60,242 nucleotides of DNA from Nitrospirota bacterium (GTDB taxonomy: Bacteria; Nitrospirota; Thermodesulfovibrionia; Thermodesulfovibrionales; JdFR-85). The position numbers and the translations under genes are program-made. Location: the NCBI GenBank assembly GCA_015484595.1, contig WFMM01000124.1, forward strand, positions 1 through 60,242. The letters are read 5' to 3'. The notes beneath the pieces were generated by a model. The model was not told the DNA's origin. It saw only the letters and a list, made by a program, of their open reading frames with translations, and did no database searches. Positions 25,222 through 35,113 of this stretch are shown here, in pieces; position 1 is the stretch's first letter, and every line of letters begins with the position of its first letter.

Positions 25222-25414
25222 TAGGGGGTAGGGGGGTAGCGTGTAGGGAGTAGTTTTTAGTTTTGAGTGAATAGTTTTGAGTGTTTAGTAAAAAACTAAA
25301 CTCAACACTCAACATTCAAAATTCAACACTCAAAACTAACTACCCCCAACCCCTAAACGCTATTAACGCGATAAACGCGATAAACGCAATTAACGCAATA
25401 AACGCAAAAAACGT
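25222..25414. repeat. Composite repeat element: G-box, H3 inverted heptamer hairpin, C-box, N9 nonamers
   Basis: Modules in order: TAGGGGGTAGGGGGGTAG...GTGTAGGGAG (25222-25253); (AGTTTTG/AGTGTTT)n to 25290; A6 loop; (CAAMACT)n at 25297-25340; CTACCCCCAACCCC; six or seven AACGCNNNN units at 25352-25414. The element ends 17 nt before the alaS ATG. Confidence 0.85.
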
Positions 25415-25430
25415 ATTTTCTGAGGTTGTT

Positions 25431-28058
25431 ATGGAAAGCAAGGAGATTCGTAGACAGTTTCTTCAGTACTTTAAAGAAAAGGGCCACGAGGTGGTAAAGA
25501 GTTCTCCACTTCTGCCACAGGACGACCCCACCCTTCTTTTTACCAATGCTGGTATGGTTCAGTTCAAGGGGGTCTTTCTTGGTCTTGAAACACGGCCCTA
25601 CACAAGGGCCACGAGCTGTCAGAAGTGCATGCGTGCTGGTGGCAAACACAGTGACCTCGAAAATGTGGGTCACACTGCCCGTCACCATACATTCTTTGAG
25701 ATGCTCGGTAATTTCTCCTTTGGAGATTACTTCAAGAAAGAGGCTATAACCTTTGCGTGGGAACTGCTAACAGAGTGGTTCAGGCTGCCAAAGGAAAAAC
25801 TCTGGGTAAGCGTGTTTGAGGAAGATGACGAGGCAGAATCACTCTGGAAGACACTTACCGATGTAAACCCCTCTCAGATAGTAAGGCTTGGTGCAAAGGA
25901 CAACTTCTGGCAGATGGGTGATACAGGCCCCTGTGGCCCCTGCTCGGAGATCATAATTGACCAGGGAGCAGAGGCAGGCTGTGGAAGGGCTGACTGTAAC
26001 ATAGAATGTGACTGCGACCGTTACCTCGAGCTCTGGAACCTGGTCTTTATGCAGTACAATCGTGATGAACAGGGCAATCTGACCCCCCTTCCAAAGCCCA
26101 GTATTGACACTGGAATGGGGCTTGAAAGGATTGCCGCCGTGCTTCAGGGCAAATTAAACAACTTTGACACCGACCTCTTTTCGCCTATAATCTCCAGCAT
26201 TACCACGCTTCAGGGGGTTTCCTACAGAGAGGACCCAAAGACAGATGCATCCGTGCGGGTGATTGCAGATCACATAAGGGCATCGGTATTTCTGCTTTCC
26301 GAAGGGCTTGTGCCATCAAACGAAGGAAGGGGTTATGTGCTAAGAAGGATAATCCGAAGGGCCTCCCGACATGCAAGACTGCTTGGGTCAGAGGAGCCCT
26401 TTTTACACAGGATTGTTGATGCCGTTATAGAGGCAATGGGTGATGTCTATCCAGAGATCATTGACGAAAGAGAGCGCGTCAAAAAGCTACTGAAAATAGA
26501 AGAGGAGCGTTTTATCAGAACCGTGGAAAAGGGGCTTCAGCTCTTTGACGATATTCTAAAGGAGGTGCGATCAAAGAACCTGGATACAATCCCTGGTGAG
26601 GAGGTATTCCGCCTTTACGATACCTTTGGCTTTCCCCTTGACCTTGCTAAAGACATAGCCAACGACGAGGGACTGAAAATAGACGAAGAGGGATTCAGGA
26701 AGGCCCTTGAGCAACAACGAATCAGGGCAAGGGCATCAAGGGAGACAGAGGACCAGCAGGAAAATCTCATTTATTCAAAGATAATGGAGCAGGCCGGACA
26801 GACCCTGTTCGTTGGATACGAAACACTTAAAAAAGAGGCAACGATTAAGGCCATTGTAAAAGACGGAGAACTCTCTGATACCCTTAAAGAGGGACAGGAG
26901 GGTGAGGTAATCTTAGACAGGACCCCCTTTTATGCTGAATCAGGTGGGCAGGTAGGTGACAGAGGCGTCATTCATTCAGAGGCTTTTCACATGGAGGTCC
27001 TTGACACAGTAAAGCCCATTCAGGGCATTCATGTCCACAGAGTAAGGGTCTTAAGGGGAGAGGTCAGGGTTAATGACAGGGTTACAGCCTCTGTTGACAA
27101 AGAAAGAAGAAAGGCAACCATGAGGAACCACACAGCAACGCACCTGCTTCACAGGGCACTCAGGATGGTGCTTGGTGAGCATGTAAAACAGGCTGGCTCA
27201 CTGGTTGAGCCCGAAAGGTTGAGGTTTGACTTTACCCACTACGACTCGTTAAGGCCTGAAGAGATTAAGGAGATTGAAGACATAGTTAATCAGAAGATAA
27301 TGGAGGACCTGCCTGTCAGGACAGATGTAATGAGTATTGAGGATGCCATTAACGCAGGTGCAATGGCGCTTTTTGACGAAAAATACGGTGACACTGTCAG
27401 GGTCGTTTCAGCTGGAGACTTCAGTAAAGAACTCTGTGGAGGAACCCACTGTAACTCAACTGGAGAGATAGGCTCCTTCCTCATCCTCACTGAAGGAAGC
27501 GTTGCCTCAGGCATAAGAAGAATAGAGGCAATCACTGGCGAGGCAGTTCTCGGATACATCAGGAAAAGAGAGGATGAATTTAACCGTCTCAAGGAGCTTC
27601 TGAAAACCGACTCACCCTTAAAGAGGGTGGAAAAACTCCTGAAGGATTTAAAAACCCTTGAAAAAGAGGTGGAAAGACTCAAGACCTCAGGGGCATCAGA
27701 TGTTATTGGCGATGCCCTTCGGAATGCTGTTGAGGTAGATGGCACAAAGGTGGTGGCTGTGCTGAGTGATGGGCTTAACCACAAGGAACTACGCCTACTT
27801 GCAGACAGGATAAAGGACAGGCTTCAGTCAGGCGTAATAGTGGCAGGTGCAATAAATGATGGAGAGGCATCAGTGGTATGCATGGTAACAAAGGACCTTA
27901 CTGACCGTTTTAATGCAGGGCAGATTATGAAAAGGATTGCTCAACTGACTAACGGTAAAGGCGGAGGCAGGGATGTGCTTGCACAGGGTGGAACAAAGGA
28001 CGGAAATAGGTTTAAAGAGCTAATGAAGAACATAAAGGAGGTATTCAGGGAGGGATGA
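25431..28058 (+). CDS. alaS: Alanine--tRNA ligase
   Basis: The true start is ATG 25431 (MESKEIRRQFLQYFKEKGHE). It has FTNAGMVQFK, the editing-domain motif HTATHLLH, and a C-terminal DHHA1-like GGGRDVLAQGG. The track ORF is extended 50 codons through the repeat array. Confidence 0.95.
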   Translation: MESKEIRRQFLQYFKEKGHEVVKSSPLLPQDDPTLLFTNAGMVQFKGVFLGLETRPYTRATSCQKCMRAGGKHSDLENVGHTARHHTFFEMLGNFSFGDYFKKEAITFAWELLTEWFRLPKEKLWVSVFEEDDEAESLWKTLTDVNPSQIVRLGAKDNFWQMGDTGPCGPCSEIIIDQGAEAGCGRADCNIECDCDRYLELWNLVFMQYNRDEQGNLTPLPKPSIDTGMGLERIAAVLQGKLNNFDTDLFSPIISSITTLQGVSYREDPKTDASVRVIADHIRASVFLLSEGLVPSNEGRGYVLRRIIRRASRHARLLGSEEPFLHRIVDAVIEAMGDVYPEIIDERERVKKLLKIEEERFIRTVEKGLQLFDDILKEVRSKNLDTIPGEEVFRLYDTFGFPLDLAKDIANDEGLKIDEEGFRKALEQQRIRARASRETEDQQENLIYSKIMEQAGQTLFVGYETLKKEATIKAIVKDGELSDTLKEGQEGEVILDRTPFYAESGGQVGDRGVIHSEAFHMEVLDTVKPIQGIHVHRVRVLRGEVRVNDRVTASVDKERRKATMRNHTATHLLHRALRMVLGEHVKQAGSLVEPERLRFDFTHYDSLRPEEIKEIEDIVNQKIMEDLPVRTDVMSIEDAINAGAMALFDEKYGDTVRVVSAGDFSKELCGGTHCNSTGEIGSFLILTEGSVASGIRRIEAITGEAVLGYIRKREDEFNRLKELLKTDSPLKRVEKLLKDLKTLEKEVERLKTSGASDVIGDALRNAVEVDGTKVVAVLSDGLNHKELRLLADRIKDRLQSGVIVAGAINDGEASVVCMVTKDLTDRFNAGQIMKRIAQLTNGKGGGRDVLAQGGTKDGNRFKELMKNIKEVFREG

Positions 28059-28444
28059 AAAAGAGGGGAGTGCTTTTTTTGGTTCTCTTTGCCTTTATTG
28101 TGCTTATTCCCTTTGAGGTCTTTGCTATTGAAGTTAAAGAGGCATACATTGCAAAGGGTGTGGTTGACTTAAGGCCCATAGAGCCATCAGACCGCTTCAG
28201 CTCAGACATTGGCAGGGTCTATTGTTTTTCAAGGATTACCGGTGCCAAGGGTGTAACCAAGGTCAGGCATCTGTGGTTTTACAGGGAGCGTTTTATGGCA
28301 GAGGTTGAACTGCCTGTAAAGTCACCTGACTGGCGTACCTATAGCAGTAAAAGAATACTTCCATCCTGGAAAGGACCATGGAGGGTGGATATCACCGACA
28401 GCGACGGACTCCTGCTTAAGAGCCTTCATTTTGAGATTGAATAG
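28055..28444 (+). CDS. DUF2914-like secreted protein
   Basis: The 129-aa product has a signal peptide and the pattern VYCFSRI.....V.H.W.Y.......V.L.V..P.WRTYS typical of DUF2914. Confidence 0.55.
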   Translation: MKKRGVLFLVLFAFIVLIPFEVFAIEVKEAYIAKGVVDLRPIEPSDRFSSDIGRVYCFSRITGAKGVTKVRHLWFYRERFMAEVELPVKSPDWRTYSSKRILPSWKGPWRVDITDSDGLLLKSLHFEIE

Positions 28445-28458
28445 CCTTGCCTCCAACC

Positions 28459-28483
28459 AGGGGAAAGTAAATAAACCCCTTTT
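28459..28483 (+). terminator. Weak intrinsic terminator candidate
   Basis: AGGGG (28459-28463) pairs with CCCCT (28476-28480) across a 12-nt loop, followed by TTTC. The stem is only 5 bp. Confidence 0.3.
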
Positions 28484-28500
28484 CTGATATAATAAATGTA

Positions 28501-28600
28501 GGAAGTAGGAAATAGGGTGCAGGGTGTAGTGAAGGTCATTTACTAAGCATTAAAAACTAAACACTCAAAACTTAAAACTAATAACTACCCCCTACACCCT
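28501..28600. repeat. Degenerate copy of the G-box/H3/C-box hairpin element
   Basis: AGGGTGTAG (28521-28529) is the exact complement of CTACACCCT (28592-28600). The right arm ctaaacactcaaaacttaaaactaataa retains CAAMACT heptamers, while the left arm has decayed. Confidence 0.6.
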
Positions 28601-28624
28601 ATAATCAAAAAAGGAGGAGGGCCT

Positions 28625-28954
28625 ATGAGCGTATTTGAGATTATAAGGAATGCGATGCTTGCTGGATTCGGAGCTCAGCAGAAGGCAAAGGAGTTTATTG
28701 ATGAGCTTGTAAAGAAAGGAGAACTGAGCGAGTCTCAGGGTGCAAAGCTGGTCAAGGAATTCACGGAAAGGGCTGAAAAGAGCTCTGATGAGTTTTCAAA
28801 GACCCTGACAGATGCCATTCAGAAGGCGCTTGAGAAGATGAACATCCCCACTAAAGAGGACATCGATGCATTAAACAAAAAGATAAAAACCCTCTCACAG
28901 AGGATCAAGAAGTTAGAGGAGACCACTGCAAAGAGCACAGAGCAGGATAGCTGA
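28625..28954 (+). CDS. Phasin-like / PHA-granule-regulator-like coiled-coil protein
   Basis: The 109-aa product has the pattern AGFGAQQKAKEFIDELVKKGELS...IPTKEDIDALNKKIKTL (COG3937-like). Its stop overlaps the ubiB start. Confidence 0.55.
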   Translation: MSVFEIIRNAMLAGFGAQQKAKEFIDELVKKGELSESQGAKLVKEFTERAEKSSDEFSKTLTDAIQKALEKMNIPTKEDIDALNKKIKTLSQRIKKLEETTAKSTEQDS

Positions 28955-30654
28955 TGCTTTTAGAATTTCTCAGGCTCAAAAGAACCTACCGCAACATAAA
29001 CAGGCTCAGGCAGATAGTTAATGTCTTTCTAAAACACGGCTTCGGACAGATAATTGAGCAGATAAACCTCCACAGGGTTTTACCCTTCAGAAAAAGACTC
29101 AAGATACTGTCTTCCCGCCCCACACTGGGTCAGGCGGCTGCTGAAAGATTGAGGATTGCCTTCAGTGAACTGGGCCCCTCATTTATAAAGCTTGCCCAGA
29201 TACTGTCCTCAAGACCTGACCTCATAACAGCTACCTTTGCCGATGAGTTTAAAAAACTTCAGGACGAGGTCCCTCCCTTTCCCTTTGAGGAGGTAAGGAG
29301 GATAATAAAGGAGGAGATGGGCACAGAGCCTGATAACCTCTTCAATTACATTGAGCCCGAGCCCGTGGCTGCTGCCTCCATTGCACAGGTGCATCATGCA
29401 GTGCTTAAAGACGGCACACCGGTTGTTATAAAGGTCCAGCGTCCGAAGATCAAAGAACTCATTGAAACCGACATCACCATCATGAAGGCAATCGCCTCAC
29501 TTCTGGTCCGGTACATCCCTGAAACAGAGCTCTTTAATCCAACAGGCATAGTTGAGGAGTTTGCCCGCACCGTAAGAAAGGAGCTTGACTTTACAGAAGA
29601 GGCCAAAAACATGTGCCGTTTCAGGAGAAACTTTGCAAAGCACCCTGACATTTACATCCCCCAGCTTTACCCTCACCTTCTTTCAAAGAGAATGATAGTA
29701 ATGGAAAAGATAGAGGGTGTCAGGATTGACGACATAGAGGCGATCACGGAGATGGGGATTGACAGAACAGAGCTTGCGCGAAAGGGTGTTGATGCATACT
29801 TTAAGATGTTCCTGGTTGACGGATTCTTTCACGCTGACCCTCATCCTGGAAACATATTCGTAATGCCCGATGGAAGAATTGGTCTCGTGGACTTTGGTAT
29901 CGTTGGATGGCTCACACCTGATATTATGGAAAGCATTGCCCAGGCACTGATAGCACTTGTAAAAAAGGACTTTGACAGCCTGATTGACCAGTACATTGCC
30001 CTGGGGCTGGTCACTGAGGAGGTTGACCTCGAGACCTTCAAAAGGGAGTTTAAGGCAGACATTATCGACTTCCTTATCCCCCTTTACGACATGACCATAT
30101 CAGAGATAAACATTGCCAAGTATCTGGATACCCTTATGCACATGGCCCTGAAACATAAGCTAAAGATACCCTCAGACCTCCTGCTTCTTAACAAGTGCAT
30201 GCTTATTCTGGATAACATCGGCAGGGCACTTGACCCTAACTTCAACTTTATCTCAGTTGCAGAACCCTATGCTTCAAGGCTTATCAGGAGCCGCTTTCAT
30301 CCCAAAAGGGTTTACGAAAGGATGCAGAAACAAATGACCGACCTTTCAACCATAGCAGTCAATACTCCCAAACAGATGAATATGCTTTTAAGAAAGGCTC
30401 TAAAGGACGAACTTCACCTGAACATGAAATTGGAAGGTCTTGAACGTCTTATCCGTGACATCGACAGGTCAACCAATCGTATTGCCTTCAGTATAGTAGT
30501 AGCTGCTATAATATTAAGTTCAGCAATACTCACACTGACGGGAACAGGTGGAACTGTATTTGAAATCCCTCTTCTGGGACTTATAGGCTTTGTGGTTGCC
30601 TTTTTTATGGGATTCTGGCTTCTTATATCCATTATCCGTTCAGGCAGGTTATGA
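28954..30654 (+). CDS. ubiB: ABC1/UbiB-family atypical kinase
   Basis: It has ABC1 motifs (AAASIAQVHHAVLKDGTPVVIKVQRP, FFHADPHPGNIFV, GLVDFG) and two C-terminal TM helices. Confidence 0.85.
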   Translation: MLLEFLRLKRTYRNINRLRQIVNVFLKHGFGQIIEQINLHRVLPFRKRLKILSSRPTLGQAAAERLRIAFSELGPSFIKLAQILSSRPDLITATFADEFKKLQDEVPPFPFEEVRRIIKEEMGTEPDNLFNYIEPEPVAAASIAQVHHAVLKDGTPVVIKVQRPKIKELIETDITIMKAIASLLVRYIPETELFNPTGIVEEFARTVRKELDFTEEAKNMCRFRRNFAKHPDIYIPQLYPHLLSKRMIVMEKIEGVRIDDIEAITEMGIDRTELARKGVDAYFKMFLVDGFFHADPHPGNIFVMPDGRIGLVDFGIVGWLTPDIMESIAQALIALVKKDFDSLIDQYIALGLVTEEVDLETFKREFKADIIDFLIPLYDMTISEINIAKYLDTLMHMALKHKLKIPSDLLLLNKCMLILDNIGRALDPNFNFISVAEPYASRLIRSRFHPKRVYERMQKQMTDLSTIAVNTPKQMNMLLRKALKDELHLNMKLEGLERLIRDIDRSTNRIAFSIVVAAIILSSAILTLTGTGGTVFEIPLLGLIGFVVAFFMGFWLLISIIRSGRL

Positions 30655-30657
30655 GAT

Positions 30658-31200
30658 ATGAAGCTCCTTATGCATATCTGCTGTGCCAATTGTGCACTTT
30701 ATCCACTGAAGACACTCAAAGACAGGGGTATCAGTCTTCACGGGCTGTGGTTTAATCCTAACATCCATCCCTACAGGGAGTACAAAAAAAGACTCGACAC
30801 CCTGAGGGAGCTTCAGGAGCTTTGGAAACTGGATATCACCTACAAAGACCACTATGGCCTTAAAGAGTTTCTGAGAGCCGTTGTTTATGACGAAAAAAAC
30901 AGATGCCAATTCTGCTACAGGGTAAGGCTAAAAGAGGCAGCAGCCCTGGCAAAAGAGCTCGGGATGGATGCATTTTCTACGACGCTTCTTGTAAGCCCCT
31001 ATCAGAAGATCGAGCTCATCAGGGATATTGGAAAAGAGATTCAGGAACAGTTCGATGTAGAGTTCTTCTTTGAAGACTTCAGAGATGGCTTTCGGGAAGG
31101 AATGAGGATGTCAAGGGAGCTTGACTTTTATAGACAAAACTACTGCGGCTGCATATATTCGGAAATGGAAAGATTTTTAAAAACAAAGAGAACCAAGTAA
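30658..31200 (+). CDS. queH: Epoxyqueuosine reductase QueH (DUF208)
   Basis: It has MHICCANC, CYRVRL, STTLLVSPYQ and NYCGCIYS cysteine motifs. Confidence 0.85.
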   Translation: MKLLMHICCANCALYPLKTLKDRGISLHGLWFNPNIHPYREYKKRLDTLRELQELWKLDITYKDHYGLKEFLRAVVYDEKNRCQFCYRVRLKEAAALAKELGMDAFSTTLLVSPYQKIELIRDIGKEIQEQFDVEFFFEDFRDGFREGMRMSRELDFYRQNYCGCIYSEMERFLKTKRTK

Positions 31201-31323
31201 TTGGTATATTGGTATATTGGTTAATCGGGTTAGTTGCATTAGCATCTGGTATAAACTATGATTTAGTGAAAAATAGTGAATTTGGAATTTGTTTAGAATT
31301 TAGATATTAGGATTTAGGATTTA
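31201..31323. repeat. Repeat-rich spacer: TTGGTATAT direct repeats, TAGTGAA units, then an H1 array in TTTAGAA orientation (31279-31323)
   Basis: It contains ttggtatattggtatattgg, then tagtgaaaaatagtgaa, then aatttggaatttgtttagaatttagatattaggatttaggattta. The array ends 11 nt before ATG 31335. Confidence 0.7.
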
Positions 31324-31334
31324 TCATAATAAGG

Positions 31335-31559
31335 ATGTCGCCTCTTGAGGACATCGGAAGGCTGCTAATTTTTTTCGGTCTCTTTATAGTGCTTATCGGA
31401 GGTCTTTTCCTCCTGGGCGATAAACTGCATTTTTTTGGAAGGTTGCCAGGGGACATTATAATTAAAAGAAAGAACTTCACCTTTTACTTTCCCCTGGGAA
31501 CAAGTATACTGCTTAGTATAATTCTCAGTCTTATACTCTGGCTTATTAACAGGAGATGA
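31335..31559 (+). CDS. DUF2905-family small membrane protein
   Basis: The 74-aa product has two TM helices and a GRLPGDI motif. Confidence 0.65.
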   Translation: MSPLEDIGRLLIFFGLFIVLIGGLFLLGDKLHFFGRLPGDIIIKRKNFTFYFPLGTSILLSIILSLILWLINRR

Positions 31560-32542
31560 CAATGTTAAAAAAGGTAATTGTCTTTTTTTTGGTTATTCTT
31601 TTTCTGCCTCTACTTGCATACGCACAGAACATAAGGGTATTGATACTGGATAAGAGGTTTCCCCTTCTGCCTGACGATGAGACGGCTTTAAAACAGATTG
31701 GAAACATAAAGGGTGAATTGCTCTTACGAGGCAAATACTACAAAGGCAAGATAGAGGTCTGGAAGGGGAAAAAGGGTCTTTATGTTATAAATGAACTGCC
31801 CCTTGAAGAGTATGTAAAGAGTGTGGTCTATTCAGAGACCACCGATGACTGGCCCCTTGAGGCATTGAAGGTCCAGGCCATTGTGGCAAGGACATACGCC
31901 GTAAGGCAGATTTTAAAAAACAAAGACAGACTTTACCACCTGAGCTCATCCACCCTGCATCAACTGTACAGAGGTACCCAGAAGGACAAACTCATTGAGC
32001 AGGCAGTCAACGAAACAAAGGGACTTATCGTTACATACAGGGGAGAGCCCATCGAGGCACTTTATCACTCTACCTGTGGTGGAAAGACGGAGTACGCTGA
32101 AGAGGTGTTCAGCAAAAGCGAGCCCTACCTCCGTTCAGTAAAAAACGACTGCTCCATCTCTCCTTACTGGAGGTGGCGTAAACGTATAAGTAAAGCAGAA
32201 ATGGAAAGGGCTCTCGGGATTAAGGACCTGAGAGACATAAAGATAGTAAGTCATACAAAAAGTGGCAGGGCAAAGGAGCTTAAAATAATAACAGGCTTAA
32301 AGACATTACAGATAAATGCCAAAGACCTCAGAAGGGTTCTTGGCTGGAGGCATCTGCCAAGCACCTGGTTCAGTATATCCCGGGAAGGCGAAAACTTTGT
32401 ATTTGATGGAAGAGGCTACGGACACGGTGTCGGGCTCTGTCAGTGGGGTGCCCTTGAAATGGCCCTTAAGGGGCTTACCTATAAATACATACTTGGATAT
32501 TACTACCCCGGTACGAAGATAGAAAGGTATCATGAAGATTAG
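31556..32542 (+). CDS. SpoIID/LytB-domain protein
   Basis: It has a signal peptide and the motifs ALKVQAIVARTY, YHSTCGGKTE and GHGVGLCQWGA. Confidence 0.8.
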   Translation: MTMLKKVIVFFLVILFLPLLAYAQNIRVLILDKRFPLLPDDETALKQIGNIKGELLLRGKYYKGKIEVWKGKKGLYVINELPLEEYVKSVVYSETTDDWPLEALKVQAIVARTYAVRQILKNKDRLYHLSSSTLHQLYRGTQKDKLIEQAVNETKGLIVTYRGEPIEALYHSTCGGKTEYAEEVFSKSEPYLRSVKNDCSISPYWRWRKRISKAEMERALGIKDLRDIKIVSHTKSGRAKELKIITGLKTLQINAKDLRRVLGWRHLPSTWFSISREGENFVFDGRGYGHGVGLCQWGALEMALKGLTYKYILGYYYPGTKIERYHED

Positions 32543-33548
32543 TCTATTTGACTTTAACCTCCCTTCAGAGCTAATTGCAAACTTCCCAGAAAAAAGGCGT
32601 GATGCCTCAAGACTGCTTGTACTAAAAGAACAGGGTGAAATTGAGCACAGGCTTTTCAGGGATATAACAGAATATCTGAGCCCTGGAGATATGCTCGTTT
32701 TAAACGACACAAAGGTAATCCCGGCACGCCTGCGGGGGAAAAAGCAAACCGGTGGAAAGATAGAGATACTGCTGGTAAGTGCCCTTGGTAATGGAAGATT
32801 CTCAATCCTTTCACGGGGAAGATACACTGGCATGGTCAGTTTTGGAGGTGGGCTCAGGGCAAGGATTAAAGATGGCTCTGTCGCTGAGTTTGAATGTAAA
32901 GACATAGGTTCATATCTATGGGAACACGGGCTAATGCCTCTTCCACCATATATAAAAAGAGAGCCTCTTCCAGAAGACCGCAACTGGTATCAGACCGTAT
33001 ATGCCAGAAAGGAAGGCTCCATTGCAGCACCAACTGCAGGGCTTCACTTTACCGAAGGACTCCTTAAAGAACTCAAGCAAAGGGGAATAAAGATAAGATA
33101 CATCACCTTGCATGTAGGATTGGGCACATTCATGCCAGTGAAAACCGAAACTGTTGAGGCCCACAGGATGCAGCCTGAGTCATTTGAGGTGGATACATCT
33201 TTAATTGAAGAGATAGAGGAGATTAAAAAAAGTCAGGGAAGGGTCGTTGCTGTGGGAACGACAGTTACGAGGACACTGGAGGCATTATTTTCCGGAAAGT
33301 ACCATAGCAGAGGAACCAACGGAACCTTACAGGGCAGCACTGACCTTTTTATCTATCCAGGGTATCAGTTCAGGGCAGTGGATGTGCTTTTGACAAACTT
33401 TCATCTGCCCAGGTCAACACCTCTTTTGCTGGTTTCAGCCTTTGCAGGGCGAAAAAACATACTTAAGGCATACGATGAGGCAATAAAAAGGCGGTATAGA
33501 TTTTTCTCCTATGGTGATGCTATGCTTATCTTGGGAAAGGGGGAGTAA
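32532..33548 (+). CDS. queA: S-adenosylmethionine:tRNA ribosyltransferase-isomerase
   Basis: It has FDFNLPSELIANFP, LNDTKVIPARL, AAPTAGLHFT and VGTTVTRTLE. Confidence 0.95.
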   Translation: MKISLFDFNLPSELIANFPEKRRDASRLLVLKEQGEIEHRLFRDITEYLSPGDMLVLNDTKVIPARLRGKKQTGGKIEILLVSALGNGRFSILSRGRYTGMVSFGGGLRARIKDGSVAEFECKDIGSYLWEHGLMPLPPYIKREPLPEDRNWYQTVYARKEGSIAAPTAGLHFTEGLLKELKQRGIKIRYITLHVGLGTFMPVKTETVEAHRMQPESFEVDTSLIEEIEEIKKSQGRVVAVGTTVTRTLEALFSGKYHSRGTNGTLQGSTDLFIYPGYQFRAVDVLLTNFHLPRSTPLLLVSAFAGRKNILKAYDEAIKRRYRFFSYGDAMLILGKGE

Positions 33549-34118
33549 ATGGAAAGGCGAAGCATCGACAGGTTTACCCTTCTGTACGGGAAAACACCTC
33601 TGATTGTCTTTGCTGTGCTTATATGCTCGGTGAGTTTTATTCTTGGTTACTTCGTGGGTAAGTCGGTTAATGAGCCAGAGGTGGTTATGTCAAAAAGGGA
33701 GACCAAGATTCAGGAAAGAAAGCCTGCTCAACCTCAAAAGCAGAAAAAAGAACCCTCTACAGTCAAAAAGGCAGAATCCAAGCCTGTAGAGCCTCTTAGC
33801 AAGCCTGAACAGGGTATTACTCAAAAGCCAAAGGAGACCCTTACGGAAAGGCCCTTTCCCATTCAGGGTAAAAGCATAAATTACTACACCATTCAGGTAG
33901 GTGCCTTTAGCTCAAAGAAGGAGGCAGAAGGGCTTAAAAACAGGCTTACCAGAAAGGGCTATACAGTGTTTATAAATACCTCAAAAAGAGGTAAAATATT
34001 ATATAGGGTAAGAGTTGGAAGATTTATAAAACGAAGTGATGCTGAAGAGGCTGCATTAAAGCTAAGGATAAACGAAAAACTAAAGACCTTTATAGTGACG
34101 GTAAAGAAGGTAAAATGA
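33549..34118 (+). CDS. Membrane-anchored SPOR-domain protein
   Basis: It has an N-terminal TM helix, a Lys/Pro/Glu-rich linker, and a C-terminal SPOR domain ([21 protein letters not shown]...YRVRVGRF). Confidence 0.72.
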   Translation: MERRSIDRFTLLYGKTPLIVFAVLICSVSFILGYFVGKSVNEPEVVMSKRETKIQERKPAQPQKQKKEPSTVKKAESKPVEPLSKPEQGITQKPKETLTERPFPIQGKSINYYTIQVGAFSSKKEAEGLKNRLTRKGYTVFINTSKRGKILYRVRVGRFIKRSDAEEAALKLRINEKLKTFIVTVKKVK

Positions 34119-35113
34119 AGGATGTAATACTTGAGAAGACCATATCAGAGTCTGATTATGAGAGTTTTTTCTTTTCAGGGCTCCAGAAAAGCCTCAAGCT
34201 CATCGAGGATGAGCTTGGCGTCGTAATAAGCACCCGTGGAGAAAAACTTTTTATAAAGGGGCCTGAAGAAGATGCCCTTAAGGCAGAGAAACTGATAGAC
34301 GAAATAAGGGAGATTAACCGCAGGGGATACATCCTTGCCCCTGATGATATAAGATTTGCCCTGTCTTCAATACGGAAGGGTGAAGGCACATCACTTACCG
34401 AGCTTTTTTCGAATCAGATACCTGTTTCCTCCAAAAAGAGGTTTATAACACCAAAGACCGAGACACAGAGAAGGTACATTGAGGCCATAAAAAAATACGA
34501 TATCGTCTTTGGCATTGGCCCTGCTGGCACAGGTAAGACCTACCTTGCCATGGCAATGGCTGTAAATGCACTTATCACAAAAAAGGTAAGCCGCATAGTG
34601 CTTGCAAGACCTGCAGTGGAAGCAGGTGAAAGGCTTGGATACCTTCCTGGCGATATGTACGAAAAGGTTCACCCCTATCTTAGACCACTTTACGATGCCC
34701 TTTACGATATGGTGGAGTTTGAGAAGGCCATGAGGTTTATTGAAAAGGGGATAATCGAGATAGCCCCTCTTGCGTACATGCGAGGCAGGACCCTTAACGA
34801 TGCCTTTGTGATACTTGATGAGGCTCAGAACACCACATCCGAGCAGATGAAGATGTACCTTACCCGACTGGGGTTTAACTCTAAGACCGTGATAACCGGT
34901 GACATTACACAGGTTGACCTCCCTGCTGGAAGGACATCTGGACTTATTGAGGCAGAGCAGATACTGTCTTCCATTGAGGGAATAAAATTCGTTTACTTTA
35001 CAGAACGAGATGTGGTTCGCCACAGGCTTGTTCAGGAGATAATAAAGGCCTATGAAAGATTCGAAAAACGGAAAGAAGACCCAGAAACAGAGGAACTACC
35101 ACAGCAGGCTTAA
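34115..35113 (+). CDS. phoH: PhoH-family ATPase (YbeZ-like, with N-terminal KH-like domain)
   Basis: It has Walker [19 protein letters not shown], and the C-terminal motif VRHRLV. Confidence 0.9.
   Translation: MKDVILEKTISESDYESFFFSGLQKSLKLIEDELGVVISTRGEKLFIKGPEEDALKAEKLIDEIREINRRGYILAPDDIRFALSSIRKGEGTSLTELFSNQIPVSSKKRFITPKTETQRRYIEAIKKYDIVFGIGPAGTGKTYLAMAMAVNALITKKVSRIVLARPAVEAGERLGYLPGDMYEKVHPYLRPLYDALYDMVEFEKAMRFIEKGIIEIAPLAYMRGRTLNDAFVILDEAQNTTSEQMKMYLTRLGFNSKTVITGDITQVDLPAGRTSGLIEAEQILSSIEGIKFVYFTERDVVRHRLVQEIIKAYERFEKRKEDPETEELPQQA

Noticed and set aside
25222-25253. G-quadruplex in the G-box (TAGGGGGTAGGGGGGTAG...TAGGGAG)
   Set aside because: There are only two long G-runs plus one GGG. 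A canonical four-run G4 is not clearly available, and the G-box has a partially complementary C-box that favours duplex or hairpin formation.
25281-25430. 50-codon N-terminal extension of AlaRS in the ORF track (…LNAINAINAINAINAKNVFSEVV)
   Set aside because: The extension is translated hairpin and nonamer repeat. The canonical AlaRS N-terminus (MESKEIRRQFLQYFKEKGHE) begins at ATG 25431.
32306-32983. 225-aa minus-strand ORF
   Set aside because: It is antisense to the well-supported spoIID-like and queA genes, with no recognisable motifs. It is a shadow ORF.
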